Numbered from the stretch's first letter, positions 29,880-40,537 are shown. The stretch: 64,000 bases of DNA from Promethearchaeota archaeon (GCA_019058445.1 JAHPZA010000004.1:418184-482183), one strand, 5' to 3'. The notes: generated by a model from the letters alone, not told the origin. Program-made: numbers and translations.

Positions 29880-32294
29880 TTATATTTCATGATTACGTAA
29901 CTTTGCTAATTTCTTCTTAGATTTGAGTTTATTTAACAGAAAAGCAATAGCTATTGTTGAGACAATAGAATAGACAGAGATAATAGAAAGAGTCGTAATT
30001 AGCATATTTCTATCAATTTCAGTTTTTTTTAATTCTGAATCATCATCATTATCATTTTCAATAATAGTTATTTGACTTTGAGAATATTCAGTGAGAATTG
30101 TAAGACTAGCTTGATAAGAATTATCATTTTCACCACTAGGATTTAATGAGCCGTCTTTATTACTATAAGTTTCATTCACGTTATTAAGTTGATCAATTAT
30201 AAGCTCCAATGTGTATTGCCCCGTCTTATTAATTAATGAATATTCTTCCTTGTAGTTAACAGTTTCATCAACATCAATATCAATTGGTGTATTTGAATTA
30301 TTATATAGAATTATATTCTCAGATTGGCATCGGATAATTATTATTACACCCTCAGCTTTCCAGATCCCATTATTTTGAATTGAGAACTCAAGGAAATATG
30401 ATGCGTTTTCATAGACAACAATATCTTTGAAAGTATTAACTCTTAAATTTGGCATTGGATACCACCATAGATCTAATGGATCCGTGTTGAGTCCAACTTC
30501 CAAGCCATCCCCGAATAAATCATCATCAGTATCATTATTTGCGGGATGGAGTAAATTATTAATTTCCCAGTTATCTAATAACCCATCATAATCAGTATCC
30601 GAATTCGTTGCATTGGTTAAAAATCCGTCATTTTCATAAGTAAATTCTTCAATATTGCTAATTCCATCATTGTCAAAATCACCATCAAACGGGAATATAA
30701 GAGGATACATTAGTGGTTTTGTATCATTCGCATTTGATATACCTAACAGAGTATAATTACTATCTCCAATTCCATAAAGTGGATTTTCATCAATGCCATC
30801 GTAATTACTCCAATAATTACCTATTGTTCCATTATCCCAGTGATTGTTATTACCAATGTCAAAATTCTCGTCAGCAAAAATGCTATTATAATGATTAGTG
30901 CTGAAATTCGTATTCTCCAAATTAAATCCAATAAATGGATTATTTGTACCATCAACCCCGAAAGGTCTATCTTGTCCAGGATTTCCGGAACCGAAACCTG
31001 GGCCTACTAGCCCTCCAAGACCACCCGCCCCACCAGTCCCGTAATTTCCATTCGAAAAATTAACTAACAGGTTAAAGGTAGTTGTAATATTTGAAGAACT
31101 TAGAAAATTCATGACAATGAAATCCCCGCTATCACCCCCATCACCAGCCCAACCTCCATCTCCACCATCTCCTGCAGAAATAGGATTAAATCCTATTCCT
31201 CCCTGTCCTCCCGTTCCTCCATCTCCACCTACCCCTCCGTTTCCGCTAGTAGAGTTATAAATTTTATTATTGCTAAATGAAACATTTATAGCATTTAAAA
31301 GAGAGTATCCTCCTATGAGGCCACCATCTCCACCATCCCCTCCATCCCCTCCATCAAATCCTTCACCCCCTATATCTAAAAAAGGACTACCATCTCCTCC
31401 GTTATTACCATTACCGCCATTACCGCTAATAAGTTTATATATAAGGGAATTATTTGATAAAACTTCAGATGAGTTATATATTAAAATTCCATAAGCATCG
31501 CCTCCATTCCCTCCTTTGCCACCATTCCCACCATAATAATTTTGTCCCCAGACTCCCAATCCTCCAAGACCTCCATTGCCACCATTTCCACTTTCAATAT
31601 TAAAAATTTCAATATCATTTAATAAGATAATATCAGAATTGATGATATTAACACCATATGTATCACTACCTTTTCCACCTTTAAGCCCATTATCTTGAGT
31701 AGTTGAACCATCAATACCGTTGGCACCATTCCCACCTTTCCCGCCTGAAATATAGTATATTATGATTTTAGAAATTTCAGAATTGGAACAATTTAAAATG
31801 GATATACCGGAACATATTTCAGCATTCGGTCCATCAGTATAGGAACCTGCATTTGGAGCATTTGGACCATTAATGTTAGAAATTGTTATATTGTAAAGCT
31901 TAAAATTTGTAGCATTTACAATTTTTATTCCTGCTTCTGCGTTTGTGATAGTGATATTTCTGAATTCAAAATATTCTCTTGTATTACAGATTAAAATACA
32001 ACATTCATTACCATTTCCATCTATAGTAACATTTTCTATTACATAAGGTTCGACTTTTGTACCTTTTCCATTGCACCATAAATTGGATGAATTAGTTTGC
32101 GTCCAATTACTATTAACATAAATAAAATTCTCCGTATAGAAAGCAGATATTTTCAAATTATTCTGAATCATTTCGCTTTTTTGAAGATTACTTTTCTTCA
32201 CTGGATCTTTATTAATTTGATTAGCTTGTTTGATTAATAGATTAGATGATAAAATAACAAAAATGCATAGAATTAGGATTATCTTCTTATTCAA
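29880..32294 (-). CDS. Membrane-anchored cell-surface protein: beta-helix with GGxGGx repeats, DxDxDG Ca-binding repeats, CARDB-like domain, C-terminal TM
   Basis: Signal peptide; GKGTKVEPYVIEN, WDNGTIGNYWSNY, DTDYDGLLD.WE, D..NNVNET; TM followed by a basic tail. Confidence 0.85.
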   Translation of the reverse strand: MNKKIILILCIFVILSSNLLIKQANQINKDPVKKSNLQKSEMIQNNLKISAFYTENFIYVNSNWTQTNSSNLWCNGKGTKVEPYVIENVTIDGNGNECCILICNTREYFEFRNITITNAEAGIKIVNATNFKLYNITISNINGPNAPNAGSYTDGPNAEICSGISILNCSNSEISKIIIYYISGGKGGNGANGIDGSTTQDNGLKGGKGSDTYGVNIINSDIILLNDIEIFNIESGNGGNGGLGGLGVWGQNYYGGNGGKGGNGGDAYGILIYNSSEVLSNNSLIYKLISGNGGNGNNGGDGSPFLDIGGEGFDGGDGGDGGDGGLIGGYSLLNAINVSFSNNKIYNSTSGNGGVGGDGGTGGQGGIGFNPISAGDGGDGGWAGDGGDSGDFIVMNFLSSSNITTTFNLLVNFSNGNYGTGGAGGLGGLVGPGFGSGNPGQDRPFGVDGTNNPFIGFNLENTNFSTNHYNSIFADENFDIGNNNHWDNGTIGNYWSNYDGIDENPLYGIGDSNYTLLGISNANDTKPLMYPLIFPFDGDFDNDGISNIEEFTYENDGFLTNATNSDTDYDGLLDNWEINNLLHPANNDTDDDLFGDGLEVGLNTDPLDLWWYPMPNLRVNTFKDIVVYENASYFLEFSIQNNGIWKAEGVIIIIRCQSENIILYNNSNTPIDIDVDETVNYKEEYSLINKTGQYTLELIIDQLNNVNETYSNKDGSLNPSGENDNSYQASLTILTEYSQSQITIIENDNDDDSELKKTEIDRNMLITTLSIISVYSIVSTIAIAFLLNKLKSKKKLAKLRNHEI

Positions 32295-32578
32295 ATTTTA
32301 CATCCTCTAAATATTTAATATAATTAATAGAATATCGCTATTATTAAAGAAAAAATACTTAATTGTATAAAAGTTTACTATATAATTTCAAGCAAATGCG
32401 CTTTTTTTTCACTTTAAATAAATCTATTTAATTTGTTATATCAGAGAGTATATCCTTTTTCTATTACAATTCTCAATCCAGATAGATTATAAAATTTGCC
32501 AGGATTAACTCTTTTAAATTAATGAGGATTCTCTCATTTAGTATATTTTTTGATTTTCTCTAAAAATATGTAAATAAA

Positions 32579-32633
32579 ATATCTATGCATATATTAAACT
32601 AAACCTTTAAAAAAAAAATAGAAAAAAAATTAA
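32579..32633. repeat. Direct repeat / T-rich terminator region downstream of cdhD
   Basis: Matches 29817-29870; poly-T on the minus strand just after the cdhD stop. Confidence 0.6.
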
Positions 32634-32646
32634 ACTAATTTAGCAA

Positions 32647-33801
32647 TTAGCGTTTCAAATTCGCGGAAGCCCAATCGTAATAGCCTTTCTCTTCCATCAC
32701 TTTTGGAATCTCAGCAAAGAATTGGGATGTTATATCTTTTACGTGTTTTGCGGCAACCGGATGGAACATCATAGCTAAGTCCAAACCAACTAATGTTAAA
32801 GAAAGCGCATTTAATACCTCCCATATAGGCCCTCGATATTGCCGTAGACCCCATTCGGGAACTTGCTTTTCGCTCATCCATGCCTCACGGGCACCCCACG
32901 CATTTGTAGTACCACCACTGATTGGATAAGCTAAATCTTCTTCACCCAGCAATCCCGCAATTCTCATTCTTTGATAGATACTGAAGCTGTACTCCATCCC
33001 ATAACCGAGTGTAGCACAGGTTGGATCCATCACAATCCTATTACGAGGTAATCCTAATTCTAAGGCATCTTTATTCATTTTGATTTGATTATTCAGATCT
33101 AAAGAAGTCCAGAGTAGGCAATTGTGGTCATATTTCACTGCGAGTGGAATAACCTCTTCCCAAGTAGCTTTATCTGCCGCCGATAACATTAATACATCAC
33201 TTTCAGCAACAGGTGCGGTAGCTTCAAATAATTCCATATCCTTCTTTTTATTCCCGGAGCAGCCAATTATCACCGGAACATCAACAGCCTGAAGAATATC
33301 CTCTAAATATTTGACAGATTGAGAGACTGGTGCGTCGCCCATTGCAGGATCTATTTCAAGACTATGAAAGGTAATGCAATCAGCACCAAATTTATCGACT
33401 GCAAATTTTGCCCAATCTGCAGGGTGGGCGAGAACGTCCCCATATTCTTGTTTTATTGGTTTAGGGAGCATCATTTTTGAGCCCATATCGAAAACGTCGT
33501 AGGTCACTAAAGGCGGATTCGGATTTCTTTTATCGAGTCCTAAGAAATTATAAAAAGGCGGAACAACTTCTCCACCAATTACAGCCCTCTTTCCATTTGC
33601 CCGTACAAACTCTATAGTTTCAATTTTTCCTGGAAAATCAATATCAACTTGAAATTTAGCGGGTGTCCATTCTGCTTTCCCAAGTGTGGGTATGCCTGCC
33701 GCTTGAGCTGCGGAGGCAATCATTCCTGGTAAAGCTTGAAATTCTAAATATTCAGCAAAGAGCTCTACATCAACTAATTCGAGTTCCTTTGTGTCTTTCA
33801 T
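32647..33801 (-). CDS. cdhD: CO dehydrogenase/acetyl-CoA synthase delta subunit (corrinoid Fe-S protein small subunit)
   Basis: IGGE..PPFY, VFD, WAK.AV.KFGAD, IIGCSGN, MDPTCATLGYGMEYS, R.AGL.G, RGPIWE, FHP; the frame also extends to an ATT at 33840. Confidence 0.93.
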   Translation of the reverse strand: MKDTKELELVDVELFAEYLEFQALPGMIASAAQAAGIPTLGKAEWTPAKFQVDIDFPGKIETIEFVRANGKRAVIGGEVVPPFYNFLGLDKRNPNPPLVTYDVFDMGSKMMLPKPIKQEYGDVLAHPADWAKFAVDKFGADCITFHSLEIDPAMGDAPVSQSVKYLEDILQAVDVPVIIGCSGNKKKDMELFEATAPVAESDVLMLSAADKATWEEVIPLAVKYDHNCLLWTSLDLNNQIKMNKDALELGLPRNRIVMDPTCATLGYGMEYSFSIYQRMRIAGLLGEEDLAYPISGGTTNAWGAREAWMSEKQVPEWGLRQYRGPIWEVLNALSLTLVGLDLAMMFHPVAAKHVKDITSQFFAEIPKVMEEKGYYDWASANLKR

Positions 33802-34146
33802 TAATTCTTCTAATTTTTTACTTAAATCCTCGAAAGAAATTTCAGATCACTTTTGTTTATGATTTTTAAGTTTTAATGATAGGTAGGAAATTGTTGAATT
33901 GAATTTAAAATTATTTGTAGGAAACCGATCAGGCGTGATTAATTACGTGGAAAAAAACCGAAAACATTCATAATATGAGTATAGAAAAGATCTCAATCGA
34001 TCATTACTTAAATATTGCTTGCGACGAAATTCGTCAGTGTTCTAGAAAAATAGAATCTAAACTCTTTTATAGCAATCAATAACTCAATATCTTAATATCT
34101 AGAATCTAAAGAAAATCAATTTAAATTATAAAAACACGGGGTTTTT

Positions 34147-35145
34147 ATTATTAAGAAAAGAGCTATAGCAATTATTATTATTTCATGTTTTAGTATAGCT
34201 GTTATTGCAGGAGTTGGAACTTATTATTGGACGTTGAATGTTGAAATTGATTCGGACGATGATGATGATAATGATGATACACATGATTCGGGACCAAAAA
34301 TCAATATTATAGACCATAATTGCGCTCATTTAGAAGATTTAAAAAGCATTCCGATTGGATGGATAAATGCTGCTAAGGCAAATTTAAATATAGCTTATGG
34401 TCATACATCCCATGGGAGTCAATTAACCACTGGAATGGATAATTTGGATCCTTTTATGGGGGGAAATGATGTTTATATTTATGGATCAGATGGAGGCGGA
34501 GATGATACGAAACTTGAATTTTACGATTATTATGGTGGATTCGGGGGTGCTTTAACAACAACCGAGGCTCATGATCTTGGCAATCCAAATGACGATGCAT
34601 GGGCGGCTGCTACTGAGGAGTATTTAGACCATCCTAGTAATCCCGGAACGAACGTTATAATGTGGTCATGGTGTAATATAGGAGGTCACAACATTAATGC
34701 CTATATTACACATATGGAATATCTTATTTCAGCCTATTCTGCGGGGGGTTCAAAAGGGAGGACGGTTGCAACGGAAGTTACATTCATATTCATGACTGGG
34801 CACGTAGATGGGCAAGGAATAGGAGGAACAAATAATTTACAGAATGAACTTATTCGGGATCATTGCAGGACCCACAATAGAATATTATTTGATTTTGCAG
34901 ATATAGAAAGCTATGATCCTGATGATAATTATTTTCTTGATAGAAATGTGAATGATGATTGCAGCTATGATGGGGGAAATTGGGCAATAGAATGGCAAAC
35001 CACTCATAATGGTGTTGATACTGAACCAAATGGTGGAAAATGGTATTCATGTTCTTCAGCTCATTCCCAACCTTTAAATGCCAACTTAAAAGCATATGCT
35101 TGTTGGTATTTATTTGCGATATTAGCAGGTTGGGATGGGAACTAA
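34147..35145 (+). CDS. Membrane-anchored secreted protein, possible SGNH-like hydrolase
   Basis: ORF track starts at TTG 34234; in-frame extension from ATT 34147 adds IIKKRAIAIIIISCFSIAVIAGVGTYYW (signal anchor). Motifs IAYGHTSHGSQ, MWSWC, FDFADIES. Confidence 0.75.
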   Translation: MIKKRAIAIIIISCFSIAVIAGVGTYYWTLNVEIDSDDDDDNDDTHDSGPKINIIDHNCAHLEDLKSIPIGWINAAKANLNIAYGHTSHGSQLTTGMDNLDPFMGGNDVYIYGSDGGGDDTKLEFYDYYGGFGGALTTTEAHDLGNPNDDAWAAATEEYLDHPSNPGTNVIMWSWCNIGGHNINAYITHMEYLISAYSAGGSKGRTVATEVTFIFMTGHVDGQGIGGTNNLQNELIRDHCRTHNRILFDFADIESYDPDDNYFLDRNVNDDCSYDGGNWAIEWQTTHNGVDTEPNGGKWYSCSSAHSQPLNANLKAYACWYLFAILAGWDGN

Positions 35146-35198
35146 TTAAAAATGAATTGAGGTTGCAAAAATTTCCGATATCCTAAAATATTTCGAGT

Positions 35199-36368
35199 TT
35201 AATTTAAAGGAGGTTTACTTTTAGCCTCTGTTTTCTTTTCCTTTTCAATCTTAAATGGTTTTACAGGTTTTGATTCGTCAAATGCTGAATTGCACACCCA
35301 GCATGCATTTTCTAAATTACTTAATGCGGTGGAACAATCTACGCAATAAATCGCCTCGCAATTCGGACAGATATAGGTAAGCCTTGATGTTTTACCTTTA
35401 CAAACTAAACATATCTTTTGTTCTTTATAAAATGTAATCTCTTCTTCAGTTAATTTTTTGGGTTTAATTTGAGTAATATGACTCATAAAATCCTGTAGTT
35501 TATCCATTTTCATTCTTTTTATTCCTAATAATTCTATTTCATGTGATTTTAATACATTTATTTCGCGAGAAATGGCATACAGAAGCATAAAAACATAGAG
35601 AGAAATAGCAACTAAAATATACATTAAGATAAAGAGGGATGGTTGATATGTAAAAATCACATATAAGAGAGCAATGATAACGATTGAAGATATAGCATTT
35701 AGGGCTTGCTCTATTATTCCTTTAGATATAGCAATAAGTGTTCCAAGAATAAAAAACAGTGCTGGAAATGAAGGAGATATAATTTTTAATTCTTTTACCA
35801 TAAAAGTAGCGAGAAAATATCCAATCCATAAGAGGAGGACTCCTATCAATGTATGGGCGGTAATTGTCTGAAAATCCCTCCTAGAGCGTTTAGAATATAA
35901 CAAAAATAAAGAAAAGAGAACTAAAATGATAATCCCTAGAGCAATCCAAAAGAAGCTCATTTCAATAATGATAATGACTAAAAAGAAAAAGCTTAAGAGG
36001 GTCATCAAATATTTATTCCGTCTTGTAGCTTTTTCAAATGTAAAAAAGAATAAAATAAATCCTATAAAAACGCTAATATATCCCCCATGAATTAAAATCT
36101 CATATGTACTGGTAGTATTAGTAAAATTACCGTAATATGAATGACCAGAATAACTTCCGCCTATAAAATAGCTACTAAAATATTCAAATATTCTTGCAGT
36201 TGCGAGTCCAAAAAAATTAAATGCAAATCCATGCATCATCAATCTTTCGCTTTTTGATTCCCTATAATATCCGCTATATAAGTAATATATGCCGCAAAAA
36301 ATTAGAATAGCTATTACTATCGACCAGATAAACCGATTAAACGGATCAAAAATTATATTCTCTGTTAT
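35199..36368 (-). CDS. Multi-TM membrane protein with C-terminal C4C4 RING-like zinc finger
   Basis: ORF track starts at 36242; extension to ATA 36368 adds the first TM helix. CLVC-x10-CPNC-x4-CVDC-x10-CWVC. Confidence 0.8.
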   Translation of the reverse strand: MTENIIFDPFNRFIWSIVIAILIFCGIYYLYSGYYRESKSERLMMHGFAFNFFGLATARIFEYFSSYFIGGSYSGHSYYGNFTNTTSTYEILIHGGYISVFIGFILFFFTFEKATRRNKYLMTLLSFFFLVIIIIEMSFFWIALGIIILVLFSLFLLYSKRSRRDFQTITAHTLIGVLLLWIGYFLATFMVKELKIISPSFPALFFILGTLIAISKGIIEQALNAISSIVIIALLYVIFTYQPSLFILMYILVAISLYVFMLLYAISREINVLKSHEIELLGIKRMKMDKLQDFMSHITQIKPKKLTEEEITFYKEQKICLVCKGKTSRLTYICPNCEAIYCVDCSTALSNLENACWVCNSAFDESKPVKPFKIEKEKKTEAKSKPPLN

Positions 36369-37138
36369 TTCAAATCCCTCATCATATTTTTTCTTTTTTC
36401 ATTATAGAATATTCCCACATGTGTTAAAAAAAGCTTCTTAGTCCATTCGGGTAAGACAAATCCTGCATAGAATTCAACTGAACTTAATATTAAAATCAAT
36501 CTAGTAATTGGTAAAGTGATGTAATTAAGCGGAACTGAAGCATCTAATAGGGCTCCAATAAGAAAAGATAATAATCCTATTAGAATTAATTTTCCTTTTA
36601 ATTTAAGTTCTGGATCGTCAGATTTTAACAGATCTAAACTAAAAAGCATTCCAGTAATTAAGAGAATAATAAACACAGAAAGAATATAAAAAATTAAAAA
36701 GGCTTTATATTGGACATCTACGATTCCTTGAAGTTCACCGAGTAGAGTGATATCTGTAAACAATAAATAAAAGAATATTATTTCGAATACAATTCCATAA
36801 ATTGAAGCGATAATTAAGATTGATTGTTGTTTGTTTTTATACATTAAGTCAGTGATCCCGGCAAGCCAAATAACTATGAGTAAAGGGATTAAAACATCTC
36901 CAAATATCAAATAGATTTGAATTCCAAGACCTTCACCTGTTGCGAGAGCCACTAAAAATGAAATACTGCTTGGATACCAAGGAGATGCGATTCCCATCCA
37001 AAATATTCCGATTAAAAGAAATTCTCTTTGTTTATATTGGAAATACTTCGAAGCAATATTGATCCCTACGATGATATTTGTGGTAACAATAATAATACTG
37101 AGGGTTCCATTTAAATAATCGAGGGGTTCTAGGATCAT
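36365..37138 (-). CDS. 7-TM hypothetical membrane protein (paralog of 28932-29678)
   Basis: GIFWMGIASPWYP, KGKL....G.LLD, GFVLP. Confidence 0.8.
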   Translation of the reverse strand: MILEPLDYLNGTLSIIIVTTNIIVGINIASKYFQYKQREFLLIGIFWMGIASPWYPSSISFLVALATGEGLGIQIYLIFGDVLIPLLIVIWLAGITDLMYKNKQQSILIIASIYGIVFEIIFFYLLFTDITLLGELQGIVDVQYKAFLIFYILSVFIILLITGMLFSLDLLKSDDPELKLKGKLILIGLLSFLIGALLDASVPLNYITLPITRLILILSSVEFYAGFVLPEWTKKLFLTHVGIFYNEKRKNMMRDLK

Positions 37139-37290
37139 GAACGGATTTCCTCTAGTGTACCTTCTTGTATAAATATCATTATATGAATCTGATATTTAAA
37201 TGTTAAAGTATTGTGAACAAGAATTTATGGAGAGGAAATAAAAGAAATAAAAGAGAAGTAATAATTAGAATATGTTTTTAAAATAATGTC

Positions 37291-37821
37291 TTATTGAGAA
37301 GAAGAAATGATCTTTTTCTTTTTTATTACATAAATTATGATTCCTATGGACAGCACTAACGAAAGCATCATAATTTCTACCTGATATCCGGGTATCTGGG
37401 GTAAATAATATCGTGAGAGTTTCTCATTTGCTTCCATTTTGAAGAAATCTGGACCATTTTTTTGGAGGATTACTTGTAGATAGTAGATTTGATCGTCTTC
37501 GGCAGTATAATTAATATGCGGTTTTGTACCGGCGTCATGAGCCACTTTATCCTTATTTATATCGCTGTCGATGGAATTATCCATGTTTACATGTGTTTCA
37601 GTTGGGCGTTCATCAAAAAGATAAAGATGAAAATAGCCATCTTCCCGTGCTTTTAAATCAACTTTAAGCTCATCATCTTCTTCTAGCTCCACTAAAAAAA
37701 AAAGAGAATTTCCATCATTCATTTGATCTTCAAACACAAATTTAGTTTTGGCAAGCGAATACGTAACTGGAAATAGCAGCAAGAATAGAATAGATGCTAA
37801 AAAAACCTTATAATAATTCAT
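37291..37821 (-). CDS. Surface protein with Loki-CTERM-like sorting signal
   Basis: Signal peptide; C-terminal IPGY + TM helix + KKKK. Confidence 0.8.
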   Translation of the reverse strand: MNYYKVFLASILFLLLFPVTYSLAKTKFVFEDQMNDGNSLFFLVELEEDDELKVDLKAREDGYFHLYLFDERPTETHVNMDNSIDSDINKDKVAHDAGTKPHINYTAEDDQIYYLQVILQKNGPDFFKMEANEKLSRYYLPQIPGYQVEIMMLSLVLSIGIIIYVIKKKKIISSSQ

Positions 37822-37881
37822 TATACCTTAAATAGAGTTTTTTTTTAAACTTAATATTAATTATAAAACCATTAACTTTTA

Positions 37882-38394
37882 TTAATTTTTTAAAATTTTA
37901 TTTCTAGCATAATTAATTAGCCCTTCAGCAGAAATAAGTTCTTGCAGGAATTCTGGCATCTTATTAATCCTATATAGTTTATTTGTAGTTATATTAGTAA
38001 TAATTCCCTTTTCATAATCAATTTCTAACTCATCTTGAGTGTTTATCTCCTCAATTTCTTTTAATTGAACTATCGGCAGTCCTATATTAATGGCATTTCT
38101 AAAAAAGATCCTAGCAAATGAAGGTGCTATAACACACTTAATTCCAGCAGCTTTAATAGCTAAAGGGGCTTGTTCCCTACTAGAACCACTTCCAAAATTA
38201 CTATTTGCAACAACAATTGAGATATACATTTCTTTTTTCTTCTGATGAAAATCAGGATCAAAATCCTCAAAACAGTGAGCAGCAAGATATTCTGGATCGG
38301 AACTGACTAAATGTCTTGCTGGAATTATTAAATCTGTATCTAAATTTTTTTTATTGTATTTTATTACTTTTCCTCTCATTTTTTTTAGCCTCAT
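37882..38394 (-). CDS. leuD: 3-isopropylmalate dehydratase small subunit
   Basis: NLDTDLIIPAR, NFGSGSSREQA, SFARIFFRNAINIG. Confidence 0.92.
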   Translation of the reverse strand: MRLKKMRGKVIKYNKKNLDTDLIIPARHLVSSDPEYLAAHCFEDFDPDFHQKKKEMYISIVVANSNFGSGSSREQAPLAIKAAGIKCVIAPSFARIFFRNAINIGLPIVQLKEIEEINTQDELEIDYEKGIITNITTNKLYRINKMPEFLQELISAEGLINYARNKILKN

Positions 38395-38399
38395 TAAGT

Positions 38400-39674
38400 T
38401 TATAAGTATTCTGGTGAAGTAATATAACCTCTAATAGCAGAAGCCGCAGCAACAGCCGGACTAGATAAATAAACTTCACTTTCTACATGACCCATTCTTC
38501 CGATAAAATTCCGATTAGTGGTTGAAACTGCTCTTTCTCCGGCAGCAAGAATACCCATATATCCGCCCAAACATGGTCCGCATGTTGGTGTTGATACTAC
38601 CGCTCCAGCATCAAGAAAAATTCCAATTAAACCTTCTTTTATGGCCATAAGAGATATCGCTTGAGTTCCAGGAATGATAATGCATCTTACTTTAGGATTT
38701 ACCTTTTGATTTCTCAAAATTTTAGCAGCGATTCTTAAATCTTCAATGCGGCCATTAGTGCATGAGCCAATGACACTTTGGTTTATTTCAATCTTCATGC
38801 CATCAACTTCAGAAATGGGCTTAGTATTTTCAGGTAAATGAGGAAATGAAACCTGTGGTTCTATTTTTCCACATTCAAACTCAATGATATCATCATATTC
38901 AGCATCTTTATCGCTTGCATACTTTTTATAACTAAATTTTCCAATATTTTCTAAGTAGGTTTCAGTAATTTTATCTGGAGCAATAATTCCATTTTTTCCG
39001 CCTGCTTCAACTGCCATATTACACATAGTAAATCGATTTGCCATTGATAGATTTTCTATAACTTGTCCAGTAAACTCCATGGCTTTATAGGTTGCGCCAT
39101 CTACACCTATTTTACCAATTGTATATAAGATTAAATCTTTTCCTGAGATCCATTCATTGAGCTTCCCTGTATAAATAAATTTGATTGAATTGGGAATTTT
39201 AAACCAACATTGCCCTAAAGCTAAGGCTACACCTAAATCAGTGGAACCTACCCCTGTAGAAAAAGCTCCAAGAGCGCCATAGGTACACGTGTGAGAATCT
39301 GCACCTATAAAAAGTTCTCCAGGTAATACTAAGCCTTGTTCTGGAATTAAACAATGTTCTATGCCAACGCGTCCTATTTCAAAATAATTTACGATCATTT
39401 TTTCATGTGCAAAATCTCTTAAAATTTTACATTGTTCTGCAGATGCTACATCCTTATTAGGGGTAAAATGGTCGGGTGTTAGTATAATTCGATTCTTATC
39501 GAACACGCCTTTTCCGGTTCCTTCTACGACTTCATTGAAAACTTCTATAGCTATAGGAGCTGTGATATCATTAGCTAGACATTTATCAACATTTGCAAGG
39601 ATAAAATCACCAGCAGAAGCATTTTTGTTATCGCAGTGATCACGTAGAATCTTTTCTGTAATTGTATATCCCAT
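38400..39674 (-). CDS. leuC: 3-isopropylmalate dehydratase large subunit
   Basis: [32 protein letters not shown]. Confidence 0.93.
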   Translation of the reverse strand: MGYTITEKILRDHCDNKNASAGDFILANVDKCLANDITAPIAIEVFNEVVEGTGKGVFDKNRIILTPDHFTPNKDVASAEQCKILRDFAHEKMIVNYFEIGRVGIEHCLIPEQGLVLPGELFIGADSHTCTYGALGAFSTGVGSTDLGVALALGQCWFKIPNSIKFIYTGKLNEWISGKDLILYTIGKIGVDGATYKAMEFTGQVIENLSMANRFTMCNMAVEAGGKNGIIAPDKITETYLENIGKFSYKKYASDKDAEYDDIIEFECGKIEPQVSFPHLPENTKPISEVDGMKIEINQSVIGSCTNGRIEDLRIAAKILRNQKVNPKVRCIIIPGTQAISLMAIKEGLIGIFLDAGAVVSTPTCGPCLGGYMGILAAGERAVSTTNRNFIGRMGHVESEVYLSSPAVAAASAIRGYITSPEYL

Positions 39675-39829
39675 TTAATCCAAACCAATATAAAGTTAAA
39701 TTTAAGTTATGTTTTTAATCCTTATCAATAATACATTCTATAAATCTTTTATTCATTAAAATGAACAAGATTGAGATATTTCTATAAGATAAACAATTAA
39801 ATTGGTTTTATAGATTAGCTCTTCAATTT

Positions 39830-40270
39830 CTAGTAGAATTTTACATTGAAACGAGAGCGAATTTTTTTCTTATAAAAATGATCAAGATAGAATAGAATAC
39901 CTATAAAAAAACCTACAAACATCCAAGCAAGAAGTATAAGAATATAAAAATTTATTTGATAAAGAAAAAATGTTAAAATAAATAAATAAGATAATAATCC
40001 ACTTAAAAATATAAATAATAAAATTCTTCCAATTATCTTATTTAATTTAACGAAATATTTTTGATCATTATTGTTAAGTGAGTTAAAATGTCTTGGACAA
40101 AGTCTTGCCTTGATGATGCTTTTAGCGCATTTATTACAATACATCGTTTCACATATTATACATTTAACATATGATGGACGAGGATCCCTCCATCCTCTTG
40201 CCTTTAGTGTTTTCCCACATTTAGAGCATTTTCCTACCACTGTACCTGCGATGATAGCTGCAAATATCAT
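39830..40270 (-). CDS. Zn-finger (RING/B-box-like) 2-TM protein
   Basis: CSKC...CIIC-x4-CNKC...CPRH followed by two TM helices. Confidence 0.7.
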   Translation of the reverse strand: MIFAAIIAGTVVGKCSKCGKTLKARGWRDPRPSYVKCIICETMYCNKCAKSIIKARLCPRHFNSLNNNDQKYFVKLNKIIGRILLFIFLSGLLSYLFILTFFLYQINFYILILLAWMFVGFFIGILFYLDHFYKKKIRSRFNVKFY

Positions 40271-40537
40271 TGATTTTGCAAAATATACTTTAGAATTGTG
40301 ATTATAAGAAAGAAAAGAGTGTTTTGATATAAAATATTTTTACTATAAATAGGTTTCAAGTCTTATTAATTATTTGTATAGGAGTGTAGAAAGCTAAATT
40401 AAAAAATAAATTGTATTTTAAATTTTTATTCCTTTCTATTAATATCATAAAATATGCTCATTAATTTATTTAAACTACCGTAGAATGGAGTCTAAATTAA
40501 ACATAATCGGTAAATATTTAGAACTGGAGAAAAAAAT

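Noticed and set aside
37882-39674. Homoaconitase (AAA lysine pathway) assignment
   Set aside because: The window encodes DAP-pathway lysine genes, so LeuCD is more parsimonious; broad specificity cannot be excluded.
39811-39842. Possible echo of the trmB 3' end (cttcaatttctag vs cttcaatttttag)
   Set aside because: Too short and AT-rich to distinguish from chance.
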